From NCBI GenBank assembly GCA_002633005.1, contig NMRA01000102.1:726345-790344 (forward strand): a DNA stretch of 64,000 bases, in the 5' to 3' direction. The notes below the pieces were generated by a model. It ran no database searches. It had not been told where the DNA came from and saw only the letters and a program-made list of their open reading frames with translations. Both the position numbers and the translations under genes were made by a program. Each line of letters starts with the position of its first letter. Positions within the stretch are counted from its first letter, which is position 1. Positions 63,901 to 64,000 of the stretch are shown piece after piece. This DNA is from Phoronis australis (taxonomy: Eukaryota > Animalia > Phoronida).

Positions 63901-64000
63901 ACTGATTAGCAATAACGCATTTTAACCTCAAATCTAGGAATCTGGAGTGCAAGGATATTTAGATTCTTATCTGGTACCAGGGCAGTCGGAAACATCACTA

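Overview
This is AT-rich (roughly 38% GC by eye), intron-containing, repeat-rich animal DNA from a draft assembly, with one 853-nt N gap and two single-N joins. It is most likely a marine invertebrate; nothing looks prokaryotic. Host genes: (1) a nearly single-exon class-B/Methuselah-like 7TM receptor with a somatomedin-B (SMB) ectodomain (17157-19324, +); (2) an intact ~490-aa low-complexity ORF I cannot assign (49546-51018, +); (3) the last two exons of a GPR157/cAMP-receptor-like 7TM gene (55409-56765, -). The rest is largely decayed mobile DNA: Penelope-like elements, an L1/Tx1 LINE, a Harbinger transposase, two Kolobok-type elements carrying the P2X7-C-terminus-like (KolX) ORF, MITEs, a probable solo LTR and duplicated pseudogene blocks. 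Two observations stand out. First, the palindrome TACATGTA occurs about 24 times, and paralog comparisons inside the window show it arises as a 6-nt CATGTA insertion at TA, consistent with Tc1/mariner-type excision scars; a second scar type, TAGGCCTA, is possible. Second, a 34-bp-TIR, 8-bp-TSD transposon has its insertion-free allele apparently assembled inside it. All calls come from manual reading and translation; no database searches were run.
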